60,463 bases of DNA, taken from NCBI GenBank assembly GCA_024404015.1, contig JAKSQQ010000001.1, forward strand, positions 1 to 60,463. The letters run 5' to 3'. Each line of letters opens with the position of its first letter. Position 1 is the stretch's first letter. The stretch comes from Clostridia bacterium. GTDB lineage: Bacteria; Bacillota; Clostridia; Oscillospirales; Acutalibacteraceae. Made by a program: the position numbers and the translations under genes. Under the pieces are notes generated by a model, which saw only the letters and a list, made by a program, of their open reading frames with translations, did no database searches and had not been told where the DNA came from. Positions 47,610-56,865 of the stretch are shown piece by piece.

Positions 47610-48650
47610 ATGGATATTCTTTCAATGACTCTTGAAGAAATGACGGAGTCCTTCAAGGAAAATTCAATACAGGGCTTTCGCGCAAAGCAGGTCTATGAGT
47701 GGCTTCATAAGCATCAGGTGCTTGACTATGACGAAATGACCAATCTTTCAAAGTCCCTTCGGGATGAGCTGAAAGAAAAGATGCCCATTATCTGCTGCTC
47801 TTATGTGGGTAAGCAGGTGGCGTCAGACGGTACCGTCAAGATGCTTTACTCTCTGCCGGACGGTGACTACGTTGAATGTGTGGTTATGAAATATAAATAC
47901 GGCTACACTATCTGCGTTTCGTCCCAGGTGGGCTGCCGTATGGGCTGTGCCTTCTGCGCTTCCACTCTCGGCGGCTTCAAACGATGTCTTACCCCGGGTG
48001 AGATTTTGTCTCAGGTGTATATTGCACAGAAAGAAATCGGTGAGCGGATATCCCATATCGTGCTTATGGGTATGGGTGAGCCCCTTGATAACTTTGACAA
48101 TGTAATGCGATTTATTACTCTTGTCACCGACGAAAAGGGAATCAATCTTTCCATGAGGAATATTTCTCTTTCAACCTGCGGACTTGTGCCGAAAATCAGA
48201 GAATTGCTGAGCAAACACCTTCAGCTTACTCTTTCTGTTTCTCTTCACGCACCCAATAACGAAATCCGCAACAAAATAATGCCCGTAAACAAACGGTATC
48301 ATATTGAGGAGCTTCTTGATATGTGCCGTGAATATACAAAAGAAACCTCAAGGCGAATATCCTTTGAGTATTCAATGATATCGGGGCTTAACGATTCCGA
48401 TGAATGCGCTCTGGAGCTTGCCCGACGGCTGAAAGGAATGCTGTGTCACGTCAATCTCATTCCCATCAATGAGGTTGAGGAAAGCCCCTTTAAGCCCAGC
48501 AGTCCCGAAAGGGTAAAGAGGTTTTCACAGATTCTTGAAAAAAACGGTATTACCGCAACCGTCAGACGGAAGCTGGGCTCGGACATTGATGCATCCTGCG
48601 GTCAGCTTCGTCTGAAACAGAATAAAGGAAAGGGGGATTTGTCATCATGA
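47610..48650 (+). CDS. rlmN: 23S rRNA/tRNA m2A radical SAM methyltransferase
   Basis: SSQVGCRMGCAFC, MGMGEP, SLHAP, ASCGQL. Confidence 0.97.
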   Translation: MDILSMTLEEMTESFKENSIQGFRAKQVYEWLHKHQVLDYDEMTNLSKSLRDELKEKMPIICCSYVGKQVASDGTVKMLYSLPDGDYVECVVMKYKYGYTICVSSQVGCRMGCAFCASTLGGFKRCLTPGEILSQVYIAQKEIGERISHIVLMGMGEPLDNFDNVMRFITLVTDEKGINLSMRNISLSTCGLVPKIRELLSKHLQLTLSVSLHAPNNEIRNKIMPVNKRYHIEELLDMCREYTKETSRRISFEYSMISGLNDSDECALELARRLKGMLCHVNLIPINEVEESPFKPSSPERVKRFSQILEKNGITATVRRKLGSDIDASCGQLRLKQNKGKGDLSS

Positions 48651-49381
48651 TTCTTGCGGCAAAGACAGACCGAGGTCTTAAAAGGGATAATAACCAGGAT
48701 TCATATTCCTTCGGTGAGCTTGCAACAGGTGCCTGCTACGCCATCGTCTGTGACGGTATGGGCGGTGCCGCAGAGGGAGCAACTGCTTCCCGTGAGTGCG
48801 CAAGAATAGTCCGTGAAAGGATTACAAGCGGCTATCACGACGGCATGAGTGATATTTCAATCAAATCCCTTTTATATTCCGCAGTTGAGTATGCAAATAA
48901 ATACATCTATTCCATTTCTCTTTCGGATGAAAGGTATGAGGGAATGGGAACTACCGTTGTGGCTTCAATCATAACGGACAGCTTTATCTACATCGTTCAC
49001 GCAGGGGACAGCAGAGCTTATCTGGTTAACCCGGAGGAGAACAGAATTAATCAGTTAACCCGTGACCACTCGGTGGTACAAAAAATGATAGAGGATGGCG
49101 AAATAACAGAGAGTGAAGCGGTCAATCATCCCAAGAAAAACCTTATTACAAGGGCTGTCGGTGTTGAAAACAACGTAAGGGCTGATTTCTGCCAGGAGGA
49201 TGTTTCCCCCGGAGATATGCTTCTTATCTGTACAGACGGACTTTCAAATTATCTGACGGCGGATGAAATACTTCAGGTCGCCTCAGACAGATACTGTGAA
49301 GAATGCATTAACGAGCTTGTCAGGATGGCACTCCGAAAAGGCGGAAGCGATAACGTAACCGTCGTTGCAGTAAAAATATGA
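48647..49381 (+). CDS. PP2C-family Ser/Thr phosphatase (Stp1/PrpC)
   Basis: NQD, CDGMGG, GMGTT, GDSRAY, CTDGL, DNVT. Confidence 0.96.
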   Translation: MILAAKTDRGLKRDNNQDSYSFGELATGACYAIVCDGMGGAAEGATASRECARIVRERITSGYHDGMSDISIKSLLYSAVEYANKYIYSISLSDERYEGMGTTVVASIITDSFIYIVHAGDSRAYLVNPEENRINQLTRDHSVVQKMIEDGEITESEAVNHPKKNLITRAVGVENNVRADFCQEDVSPGDMLLICTDGLSNYLTADEILQVASDRYCEECINELVRMALRKGGSDNVTVVAVKI

Positions 49382-49400
49382 AAAGGAGATAAATTAGCAG

Positions 49401-51692
49401 ATGGATAACTATACCGGAAAAAGACTTGACGGCCGCTACGAGATTCAGGAAGTAATCGGTGTAGGCGGTATGGCAGTTGTATATAAAGCATACGACAATG
49501 TGGACGACAGAATCGTTGCAGTTAAAATCTTAAAGGATGAGTTTCTTGCAAATGAGGAATTCCGCCGCAGATTCAAGAATGAGTCAAAGGCGATTTCCCT
49601 GCTTTCACATCCCAACATCGTAAAAGTTTATAACGTTAATTACGGTGACAGACTCCAGTACATCGTAATGGAATACGTTGAGGGCATTACTCTCAAAGAA
49701 TATATTGAGCAGCAGGGACATCTGGGTGTAAAGGAAACGGTACATTTTACCATGCAGATTCTCCGTGCCCTTCAGCACGCTCACGACAAGGGCATTATCC
49801 ACAGAGATATTAAGCCCCAGAATATTCTTTTGCTCTCAAACGGTACAATCAAGGTCACCGACTTCGGTATTGCCAGATTCAGCTACAGCGATACCAAGAC
49901 CATGACCGATTCTGCCATCGGCTCCGTTCATTATATCAGCCCCGAGCAGGCGAGAGGTCTTCCCATTGATGAGAGGACTGATATCTATTCCATCGGTGTT
50001 GCAATGTACGAAATGCTGACGGGCAGAGTTCCCTTCGTTTCCGATAACAGCGTTTCCGTTGCTCTTATGCAGCTTCAGAATGACCCCAGAAGCATCAGGG
50101 AAATCAATCCCAATATTCCCGTGGGGCTTGAGCAGATTGTTATGAGAGCCATGGAAAAGGATACCAAGTCAAGATATCAGACCGCATCCGAAATGCTCCT
50201 TGATATTGAAGAATTCAAGAGAAATCCCGGTATGCGTTTCCAGCAGCAGAAATATTTTGTTGATAATGAGCCCACACGGCTTTCACCTGCCGTAGGAAGC
50301 GGTGCTTATTCAAAGCAGCCCCCGGTATCATCGCCTACCGTTGTGGTCCCCGCTGTTCCCGCCGCACCTGCCGCGGCCGCTCCCTCAGTTCCCAAAGTAC
50401 CCAAAAAGCAGCCCAAACCCGAGCAGGATGACGATTACGATTACGAGGGTGCAAATAAGGGTAAGATAGGATTTGTAATTGCCGGTATACTTATCGGACT
50501 TATTGTTGTTGGTGTTATTGCATTTACGGGACTTTACTTCTTTGCTCCCGAAATGCTTGAAAAGCTTCCCATCAGCTCCTTATCCTCATCCTCAAGAGTA
50601 CCTCAGCTTGTGGGATTGAATTACACAAACGACATCAAGGATAATGAAAAATACAATAAGTATAAGATAGTCGTTGAGTATGAGAATACCAAGAATCAGG
50701 ACGAAATAGGTGTAGTTCTCAGACAGGTACCCGAAAACGGCAAAAAGTTTGAAGACAACAAAAAAGAAATCAAAGTATATATCGGTGCTCAGAAGGTAGT
50801 TATTCCCGAAGTAGTGAATATGAACTGGTCCAGCGCCGAGGATATGCTCAAGAATATGGGACTGGTGGTAGATAAAATTGAGGAGCCCAACCTTTCCGTT
50901 GAATTCGGTACGGTTACAAGGACCAATCCTCCCGAGGGTACCGAGGTTGACAGGGGCTCAACCGTTCATATCTATTACGCGACCGACTCAAGCTACAAGG
51001 AAGTTCCCTATCTTGTGGGCATGGATGTAGATATTGCCAAGCAGAGAATTGAATCCCTTGACCTTAAACTTGAAGAGCCCTATGAAGAGGAAGACAGCGT
51101 TAAGCCCAAGGGTGAGATTATCGCTCAGGCGGAAACCAAGGGTACGAAGGTGCCTCCCGGAACGAAAATTCACGTTACCGTCAGTACAGGTATCGCTCCC
51201 GAAAACAAGGTAACGCTCAATATCGTTCTTCCTTCCCTCGGTAAAGAGGAATACTGTGTAATCTACGTTGACGGTGAGTCAAAGTTCAGACAGTCCATAC
51301 TTATGGATGGCTCATCCCACAAGTTTGAAATTGAGGGCGAAGGTGAGAAAGCATCCGTCAAGGTACATATTGACGGTGACGAATATTACACCTGCGTTGT
51401 TGACTTTACGGAGGAAGAACCCGTTATTTCGGAGCAGAAATATTCCTCAACCGGTTCAGCCGCCCGTCCCGTATCCCTTACCAGTGTTGTGGGTCAGGGT
51501 GCCGTAACAGCAAAGGAAACCCTTATTTCAAAGGGCTTCAAAAGTGAAAATATCATAATCAACTACGTAGCCGTTGAAGACCCCGCTATGGACGGTAAGG
51601 TAATTATGATGAATCCCTCTCCCTCAAGTTCCGTTATATATAATGAAAATACAAAAATCACTCTGACCGTAGGCCAGCTTGAGGGTGTCTGA
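49401..51692 (+). CDS. pknB: PASTA-domain Ser/Thr kinase (PknB/PrkC/Stk1)
   Basis: GVGGMAVVY, HRDIKPQN, DFGIAR, SPEQ, TM, PASTA repeats. Confidence 0.96.
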   Translation: MDNYTGKRLDGRYEIQEVIGVGGMAVVYKAYDNVDDRIVAVKILKDEFLANEEFRRRFKNESKAISLLSHPNIVKVYNVNYGDRLQYIVMEYVEGITLKEYIEQQGHLGVKETVHFTMQILRALQHAHDKGIIHRDIKPQNILLLSNGTIKVTDFGIARFSYSDTKTMTDSAIGSVHYISPEQARGLPIDERTDIYSIGVAMYEMLTGRVPFVSDNSVSVALMQLQNDPRSIREINPNIPVGLEQIVMRAMEKDTKSRYQTASEMLLDIEEFKRNPGMRFQQQKYFVDNEPTRLSPAVGSGAYSKQPPVSSPTVVVPAVPAAPAAAAPSVPKVPKKQPKPEQDDDYDYEGANKGKIGFVIAGILIGLIVVGVIAFTGLYFFAPEMLEKLPISSLSSSSRVPQLVGLNYTNDIKDNEKYNKYKIVVEYENTKNQDEIGVVLRQVPENGKKFEDNKKEIKVYIGAQKVVIPEVVNMNWSSAEDMLKNMGLVVDKIEEPNLSVEFGTVTRTNPPEGTEVDRGSTVHIYYATDSSYKEVPYLVGMDVDIAKQRIESLDLKLEEPYEEEDSVKPKGEIIAQAETKGTKVPPGTKIHVTVSTGIAPENKVTLNIVLPSLGKEEYCVIYVDGESKFRQSILMDGSSHKFEIEGEGEKASVKVHIDGDEYYTCVVDFTEEEPVISEQKYSSTGSAARPVSLTSVVGQGAVTAKETLISKGFKSENIIINYVAVEDPAMDGKVIMMNPSPSSSVIYNENTKITLTVGQLEGV

Positions 51693-52579
51693 TGGCTAAA
51701 GAAAAAGGTATTATTATAAAAGGAATCGGCGGCTTCTACTATGTGGAAGCTGCCGATGGCGAAATATACGAATGTAAGCCGAAAGGGATTTTTCGTAAGG
51801 AAGGCATTAAGCCCCTTCCGGGTGACAGAGTAACGATTTCCGTCAATGACAAGGCAGAAAATACCATTGACGAAATTGAAGAGAGAAAAAGTCTGATGAC
51901 CAGACCTCCGGTGGCAAATGTTGACCGTCTCTTCATCGTTTCCTCTACCACAGAGCCCGCCCCGGTGCTGTTTATCATAGATAAGCTTACGGCGCTTGCG
52001 GTGGATAAGGAAATTGAGCCCATAGTGGTGCTCACAAAGTGCGACCTTGCTCCGGGTGAAGAGTATGCGGAAATCTACCGTAAGGTTGGTATAAAGGCGT
52101 ATTGTGTTTCGGGAAAAACGGGTGAAGGCACCAAAGAGGTTGAGAAAGAATTTGAAGGACACGTCTGTGCCCTTTGCGGTAATTCAGGCGTAGGCAAATC
52201 CTCACTGCTGAACGCAATTTTTCCCGACCTTGACCTTAAAACCGCCGAAATCAGCGAAAAACTGGGCAGAGGCCGTCATACGACCAGACATAGTGAATTA
52301 TTTAAGGTCAAAGGCGGATACGTTGCTGATACTCCCGGCTTTGCATCCATTGTATCCGAGGACAGCGAATTTATAATCAAGGAAAACCTGCCCTTTGCAT
52401 TCCCCGAATTTCAGCAGTATCTCGGTACCTGTAAATTTTCCACCTGCCTTCATATGAAGGATAAGGGTTGTAAAATCATAGAGGCGGTGGAGCAGGGGAT
52501 TATCCCCGAATCCCGTCATCAAAGCTACTGTATGATGATGGAGGGAGTAAAGGATATAGCAGACTGGCAGTTAAAATAA
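51692..52579 (+). CDS. rsgA: Small ribosomal subunit-dependent GTPase A
   Basis: RPPVANVD, TKCD, GNSGVGKS, GRHTT, DTPG, CKFSTCLH zinc site. Confidence 0.97.
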   Translation: MAKEKGIIIKGIGGFYYVEAADGEIYECKPKGIFRKEGIKPLPGDRVTISVNDKAENTIDEIEERKSLMTRPPVANVDRLFIVSSTTEPAPVLFIIDKLTALAVDKEIEPIVVLTKCDLAPGEEYAEIYRKVGIKAYCVSGKTGEGTKEVEKEFEGHVCALCGNSGVGKSSLLNAIFPDLDLKTAEISEKLGRGRHTTRHSELFKVKGGYVADTPGFASIVSEDSEFIIKENLPFAFPEFQQYLGTCKFSTCLHMKDKGCKIIEAVEQGIIPESRHQSYCMMMEGVKDIADWQLK

Positions 52580-52610
52580 TACGATTGTCTGTTATCCGTA
52601 TAGCATAAAT

Positions 52611-52646
52611 AAAAGAAGGAGTTTCTTTCAAAACTCCTTCTTTTTT
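52611..52646. terminator. Bidirectional intrinsic terminator
   Basis: AAAAGAAGGAGTTT-CTTTCA-AAACTCCTTCTTTT between convergent genes. Confidence 0.9.
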
Positions 52647-52661
52647 ATTATTTGTTTGCTT

Positions 52662-53027
52662 TTATGCTTCAGGGCAGTGGTTTGTGGCTACGATGTTGAT
52701 TCCCGTGCCGCAAACGTTTTCAACAAGTACGTCACCCAGCTTTACGGGTGCTTTTGCACATGCCTTGTTGATTTCCGCCATACAGTCAAAAATCTTTTCC
52801 TTGGGGAGAGGACCTGCTGACTTGCAGGGTACAACGTTGTGTACGCCGCCGTCAACCTTTACGGTTGTTGCAAGACTTCTCTGGGGGTGAGTTACTTCAT
52901 TCTTCGCATAGAGCTCACCGCGCTTGCAGGTGTTGCCCGATACGCTGATGACTTCGTTGTTATCGTTGAGTTCTACGGTAATTCCGCAGCCCATGGGGCA
53001 TGTTACACAAGTAATATTTTTAGTCAT
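52662..53027 (-). CDS. DUF1667 small Cys-rich (metal/Fe-S) protein
   Basis: CVTCPMGC...GNTCKRG..YA; third gene of the GlpA-like triad. Confidence 0.88.
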   Translation of the reverse strand: MTKNITCVTCPMGCGITVELNDNNEVISVSGNTCKRGELYAKNEVTHPQRSLATTVKVDGGVHNVVPCKSAGPLPKEKIFDCMAEINKACAKAPVKLGDVLVENVCGTGINIVATNHCPEA

Positions 53028-53031
53028 ATTC

Positions 53032-54285
53032 TCAGGCCTCCACAGTTATTTCAATTACGCCGTCTTTGGAGAAGGACTTAAGCATATCGTTCTTGATGAG
53101 AACGTTCTCCATTTCGCCCGGAGCAAGACGGGGTCTCTTGCGGCTGATGATTTCCTGACCGTTGTATGAAACCTTAACGGTTGCGTTTTTGAATGATGAG
53201 CCCACTCTGAAGAAGAGCTTAACGTCGCCTTCATTCTTGATGTTGACCTTCTGGGGAACGATGTAGCGAACTGCACCGACACCCTTTGTGGTAATGTATT
53301 CTGCCTCTGCCTTCTGACCGAGAACGTACTTTGCAGCGCCTTCACCGGCAATCTGGCTTTCCTGGGTTACGAAGTCAACCAGGTCGTGTACGTGAAGAAC
53401 GTTACCGCAGGCAAATACGCCCTTGTGGTCTGTCTCTCTGTATTCGTCAACGATGGCACCGCTTGTTACTCTGTCAAGAGAAATGCCTACGTTCTTTGTA
53501 AGCTCGTTTTCGGGGATAAGACCTACGGAAAGGAGAAGGGTATCGCATTCGATATCTCTTTCTGTTCCGGGAATGGGTCTGCGGTTTTCGTCAACGGAAG
53601 CGATTGTAACGCCTGTTACTCTGTCTTTACCCTTGATGTCAATAACTGTTGTGCTCAGGTAAAGAGGAATGTTGAAGTCGTCAAGACACTGAACGATGTT
53701 TCTGGTAAGACCGCTGGAGTAGGGCATAAGCTCGCATACACATTCAACCTTTGCGCCTTCAAGGGTCATACGTCTTGCCATGATAAGACCGATATCACCG
53801 GAGCCGAGAATAACGACTTTTTTACCGGGCATATAACCGTCAATGTTTACGTATTTCTGAGCAGTACCTGCACTCATGACACCGCTGGCTCTTGTACCTG
53901 CGATGTTAAGGGCACCTCTGGGTCTCTCTCTGCATCCCATTGCAAGGATAACTGCCTTTGCCTGAATTTCAAGCAGACCGTCGGTCTTGTTTACTGCATA
54001 TACTTTGTTGTCTTCGGTGACCTGAAGAGCCATCGTATCTGTCTTGTATTCGATTTTCTGCCGGAATACCTGCTGAATGAATCTGTCTGCATATTCGGGA
54101 CCGGAAAGCTCTTCGCCGAAATACTGAAGACCGAAACCGGTGTGAATGCACTGCTCAAGGATACCGCCGAGAGTTTCGGCTCTTTCAAGAATGAGGATAC
54201 TGTCAACGCCGCATTCTTTTGCTTTGAGAGCTGCAGCCATTCCTGCGGGGCCGCCGCCGATTACTACTATATCATAATTAAGCAT
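53032..54285 (-). CDS. FAD/NAD(P)-dependent pyridine nucleotide-disulfide oxidoreductase
   Basis: GGGPAG, GGILEQCIHTGFG, GCRER, GSGDIGLIMARR, GNVLHVHDLVD. Confidence 0.92.
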   Translation of the reverse strand: MLNYDIVVIGGGPAGMAAALKAKECGVDSILILERAETLGGILEQCIHTGFGLQYFGEELSGPEYADRFIQQVFRQKIEYKTDTMALQVTEDNKVYAVNKTDGLLEIQAKAVILAMGCRERPRGALNIAGTRASGVMSAGTAQKYVNIDGYMPGKKVVILGSGDIGLIMARRMTLEGAKVECVCELMPYSSGLTRNIVQCLDDFNIPLYLSTTVIDIKGKDRVTGVTIASVDENRRPIPGTERDIECDTLLLSVGLIPENELTKNVGISLDRVTSGAIVDEYRETDHKGVFACGNVLHVHDLVDFVTQESQIAGEGAAKYVLGQKAEAEYITTKGVGAVRYIVPQKVNIKNEGDVKLFFRVGSSFKNATVKVSYNGQEIISRKRPRLAPGEMENVLIKNDMLKSFSKDGVIEITVEA

Positions 54286-54300
54286 ATCAGTTCCTCCTCC

Positions 54301-55731
54301 TTACTTTGTTCTTTCATAAAGAATCTTTGAATCGCCGCCGAACTTGGTAATCTGATTGATTTCAACGCCAAGCTCTCTTGCAAGCAGTTCAACTACCTTT
54401 GAGCCGCAGAAGCCGCCCTGGCAGCGTCCCATACCGGCTCTTGTTCTTCTCTTAACGCCGTCAACGTCTCTTGCACCTGCGGGAGCGTGGATTGCGTCAA
54501 GGATTTCGCCTTCCGTGATTGTCTCACAGCGGCAGATGATTCTGCCGTAAGCGGGATTCTTTGCGATAAGAGCTTTACGCTCTTCGTTGCTCATGTGTCT
54601 GAATCTTACGGGTTCTTCTCTTACGGGGTTGAAGTCTGCCTTTTCCTCGCCGTCAATGATACCGAGAACTATGTCCTTAACGTAAAGGGCAATGGCGGGA
54701 GCTGATGAAAGACCGGGAGATTCAATACCTGCAACGTTGATAAATTTATCGTTCTTTTCGCTTTTCTCAATAATGAAATCGTCTCTGTCGCAATGTGCAC
54801 GAAGACCTGCGAAGGAGGTGATAACTTCTCTTGTAGTGAGAACGGGAACGGATTTCTTTGCAGTTTCAAGTACCTGTGCAAGTGTGCCTGCGGTTGTTGA
54901 AACGTCATCCTTATCTTCAATGTCAAGTGCGCTGGGACCGATAAGGAGATTGCCGTCAACCGTGGGAGTTACAAGGATACCCTTGCCCATCTTTGAGGGA
55001 CACTGGAAGATTGTGTGCTTTGCAAGGCCGCCGATTGACTTGTCGCAAAGCATATATTCGCCCTTACGGGGAACGGTGTGAATGGAATTGTCACCGATGA
55101 GAGCTGCGATTTCGTCACAGTAAACGCCTGCGGCATTGATGACTGTCTTTGCCTTGATTGAGCTGTCGGCACTCTTGATTGTGAATTCGTTTCCGTCATA
55201 GTCAATTGCTTCAACAGCAAAGTTGCGGATGAATTCCGTGCCGTTGACTACTGCGTTTTCAGCTGCGGCGATAGTCAGTTCGTAAGGACAAACGATGCCT
55301 GCGCTGGGAGCCCAAAGAGCGCCCTTTGCTTCGTCGCTGATAGCGGGCTCAACCTCACGAAGCTTTGCCTGGTCATAAATCTCAAGGCCGGGAACACCAT
55401 TTGCAACGCCTCTTTCAAGAAGCTCTTTTACGGTTTCCATTTCTTCATCCGAAAAAGCAACTACAAGGGAACCGACGGGCTTGAAGGGGACACTGAGTGT
55501 CTTGCAAAGCTCGGGCATAAGAGCAGTGCCTTCAACGTTCAGCTTCGCCTTGAGAGTACCGGGCTTTGCATCAAAGCCGGCGTGAACGATGGCTGAGTTT
55601 GCCTTTGAAGTACCCATAGCCATGTCGTTGCACTTTTCAAGAAGAGCAACCTTGATGTTGTAGCGACTGAGCTCGCGGGCAATAAGTGAGCCGACGACAC
55701 CTGCGCCTACAACTGCTACATCATAGTTCAT
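54301..55731 (-). CDS. FAD-dependent oxidoreductase (GlpA/LhgO-like) with a C-terminal BFD-like [2Fe-2S] domain
   Basis: GAGVVG, TSKANSAIVHAG, GIESPGL, CRCE...GMGRCQGGFC. Confidence 0.9.
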   Translation of the reverse strand: MNYDVAVVGAGVVGSLIARELSRYNIKVALLEKCNDMAMGTSKANSAIVHAGFDAKPGTLKAKLNVEGTALMPELCKTLSVPFKPVGSLVVAFSDEEMETVKELLERGVANGVPGLEIYDQAKLREVEPAISDEAKGALWAPSAGIVCPYELTIAAAENAVVNGTEFIRNFAVEAIDYDGNEFTIKSADSSIKAKTVINAAGVYCDEIAALIGDNSIHTVPRKGEYMLCDKSIGGLAKHTIFQCPSKMGKGILVTPTVDGNLLIGPSALDIEDKDDVSTTAGTLAQVLETAKKSVPVLTTREVITSFAGLRAHCDRDDFIIEKSEKNDKFINVAGIESPGLSSAPAIALYVKDIVLGIIDGEEKADFNPVREEPVRFRHMSNEERKALIAKNPAYGRIICRCETITEGEILDAIHAPAGARDVDGVKRRTRAGMGRCQGGFCGSKVVELLARELGVEINQITKFGGDSKILYERTK

Positions 55732-55894
55732 AGTATAACCTCCAAATTATATTCTAACCGATAAATACTATATCACCATAAATTATAAAAAACAATAGAC
55801 ACTGAGCATAAATGCACCAAGAAAGATGTAAAATATTAACTAAAATACATATTACTTTTATGTTAATAATATACAAATAATGCATTTCAGAGGC

Positions 55895-55922
55895 AAAAAT
55901 CCCCGCGCTGAAGGGCGCGGGG
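55895..55922 (-). terminator. Terminator after the sirtuin gene
   Basis: Minus strand CCCCGCGC-CCTTCA-GCGCGGGG followed by ATTTTT. Confidence 0.8.
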
Positions 55923-55928
55923 CACGAT

Positions 55929-56651
55929 TCATATCTCAATTTTATTCATTACTTCTCCGAGATTACCGTTAATGACGAGACCGAAAATTGAGTCCATTTC
56001 GGTGGAGTCACGGTTGATGAGGACTATGTTTTTACCCTTAAAGTATCTTATGAATCCGGCCGCAGGATATACTCTTAAGGAGGTGCCTGCCACTATGAGC
56101 ATATCTGCCTGCGAAATTGCATTTACAGCCCCCTCAATCGTATCAGTGTCAAGGGATTCCTCATAAAGCACCACGTCGGGCTTTACCGTTCCTCCGCAGG
56201 TGCATTTCGGTATTCCGTCACTGTTTACAATGTGTTCGATGGGGTAAAATTTACCGCACTTCATACAGTAATTTCTCAGTACGGAGCCGTGAAGCTCATA
56301 CACGGTTTCACTGCCTGCATCCGTGTGCAGTCCGTCTATATTCTGGGTGATTACCGCCTTCAGCTTCCCTGCTTTTTCAAGTTGTGCAAGCTTCAGATGG
56401 GTGATGTTGGGCTTCGCATCGGGGTAGTAAAAATATTTCTTGTAAAACTCAAAAAATTCCTTCGGGTGAGCGTCAAAAAAGCTTCTGCTTATTATCTCCT
56501 CGGGAGGGTATTTATAGTCCATCATGTATATTCCGTCTGCGGAGCGAAAATCCGGTATGCCGCTTTCCGTGGATACACCTGCACCGCCGAAAAATACTAT
56601 GTTACTGCTTTCTTCTATCATTTTGTTGAGTTCACGGATTTTTTCTTCCAT
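55929..56651 (-). CDS. cobB: NAD-dependent protein deacylase (sirtuin)
   Basis: GAGVSTESGIPDFR, TQNIDGLH, HGS, CxxC/CxC zinc site, GTSL; start set at MEEKIR behind GAGGTG. Confidence 0.95.
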   Translation of the reverse strand: MEEKIRELNKMIEESSNIVFFGGAGVSTESGIPDFRSADGIYMMDYKYPPEEIISRSFFDAHPKEFFEFYKKYFYYPDAKPNITHLKLAQLEKAGKLKAVITQNIDGLHTDAGSETVYELHGSVLRNYCMKCGKFYPIEHIVNSDGIPKCTCGGTVKPDVVLYEESLDTDTIEGAVNAISQADMLIVAGTSLRVYPAAGFIRYFKGKNIVLINRDSTEMDSIFGLVINGNLGEVMNKIEI

Positions 56652-56771
56652 ATCATTCACCTCAATGCTGATGATATCACCCTTCACGCTTTATTTCAAC
56701 CCGTTTTTACAGTGCGGAGATACACCAAATGTAAATCTACAATGAAAATTATTATTCTAAAACAATAAGTG

Positions 56772-56800
56772 TTGCATTGATTTCAAAATAGTGATATAAT
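56772..56800 (+). promoter_or_regulatory. Sigma-A promoter of ftsK
   Basis: TTGCAT, 17 nt, TATAAT with an extended TG. Confidence 0.7.
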
Positions 56801-56865
56801 TTCTATATATATGCTAAAATGTGTAAATTATGTTGCTCACACTACTATATTTGGAGATGAAAAGG

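Noticed and set aside
53386-54330. 314-aa plus-strand ORF and many other antisense or alternate-frame ORFs (e.g. 56-610, 692-1210, 21554-22204, 31333-31959)
   Set aside because: They overlap well-supported genes, show no recognisable motifs and are explained by codon bias of the real gene.
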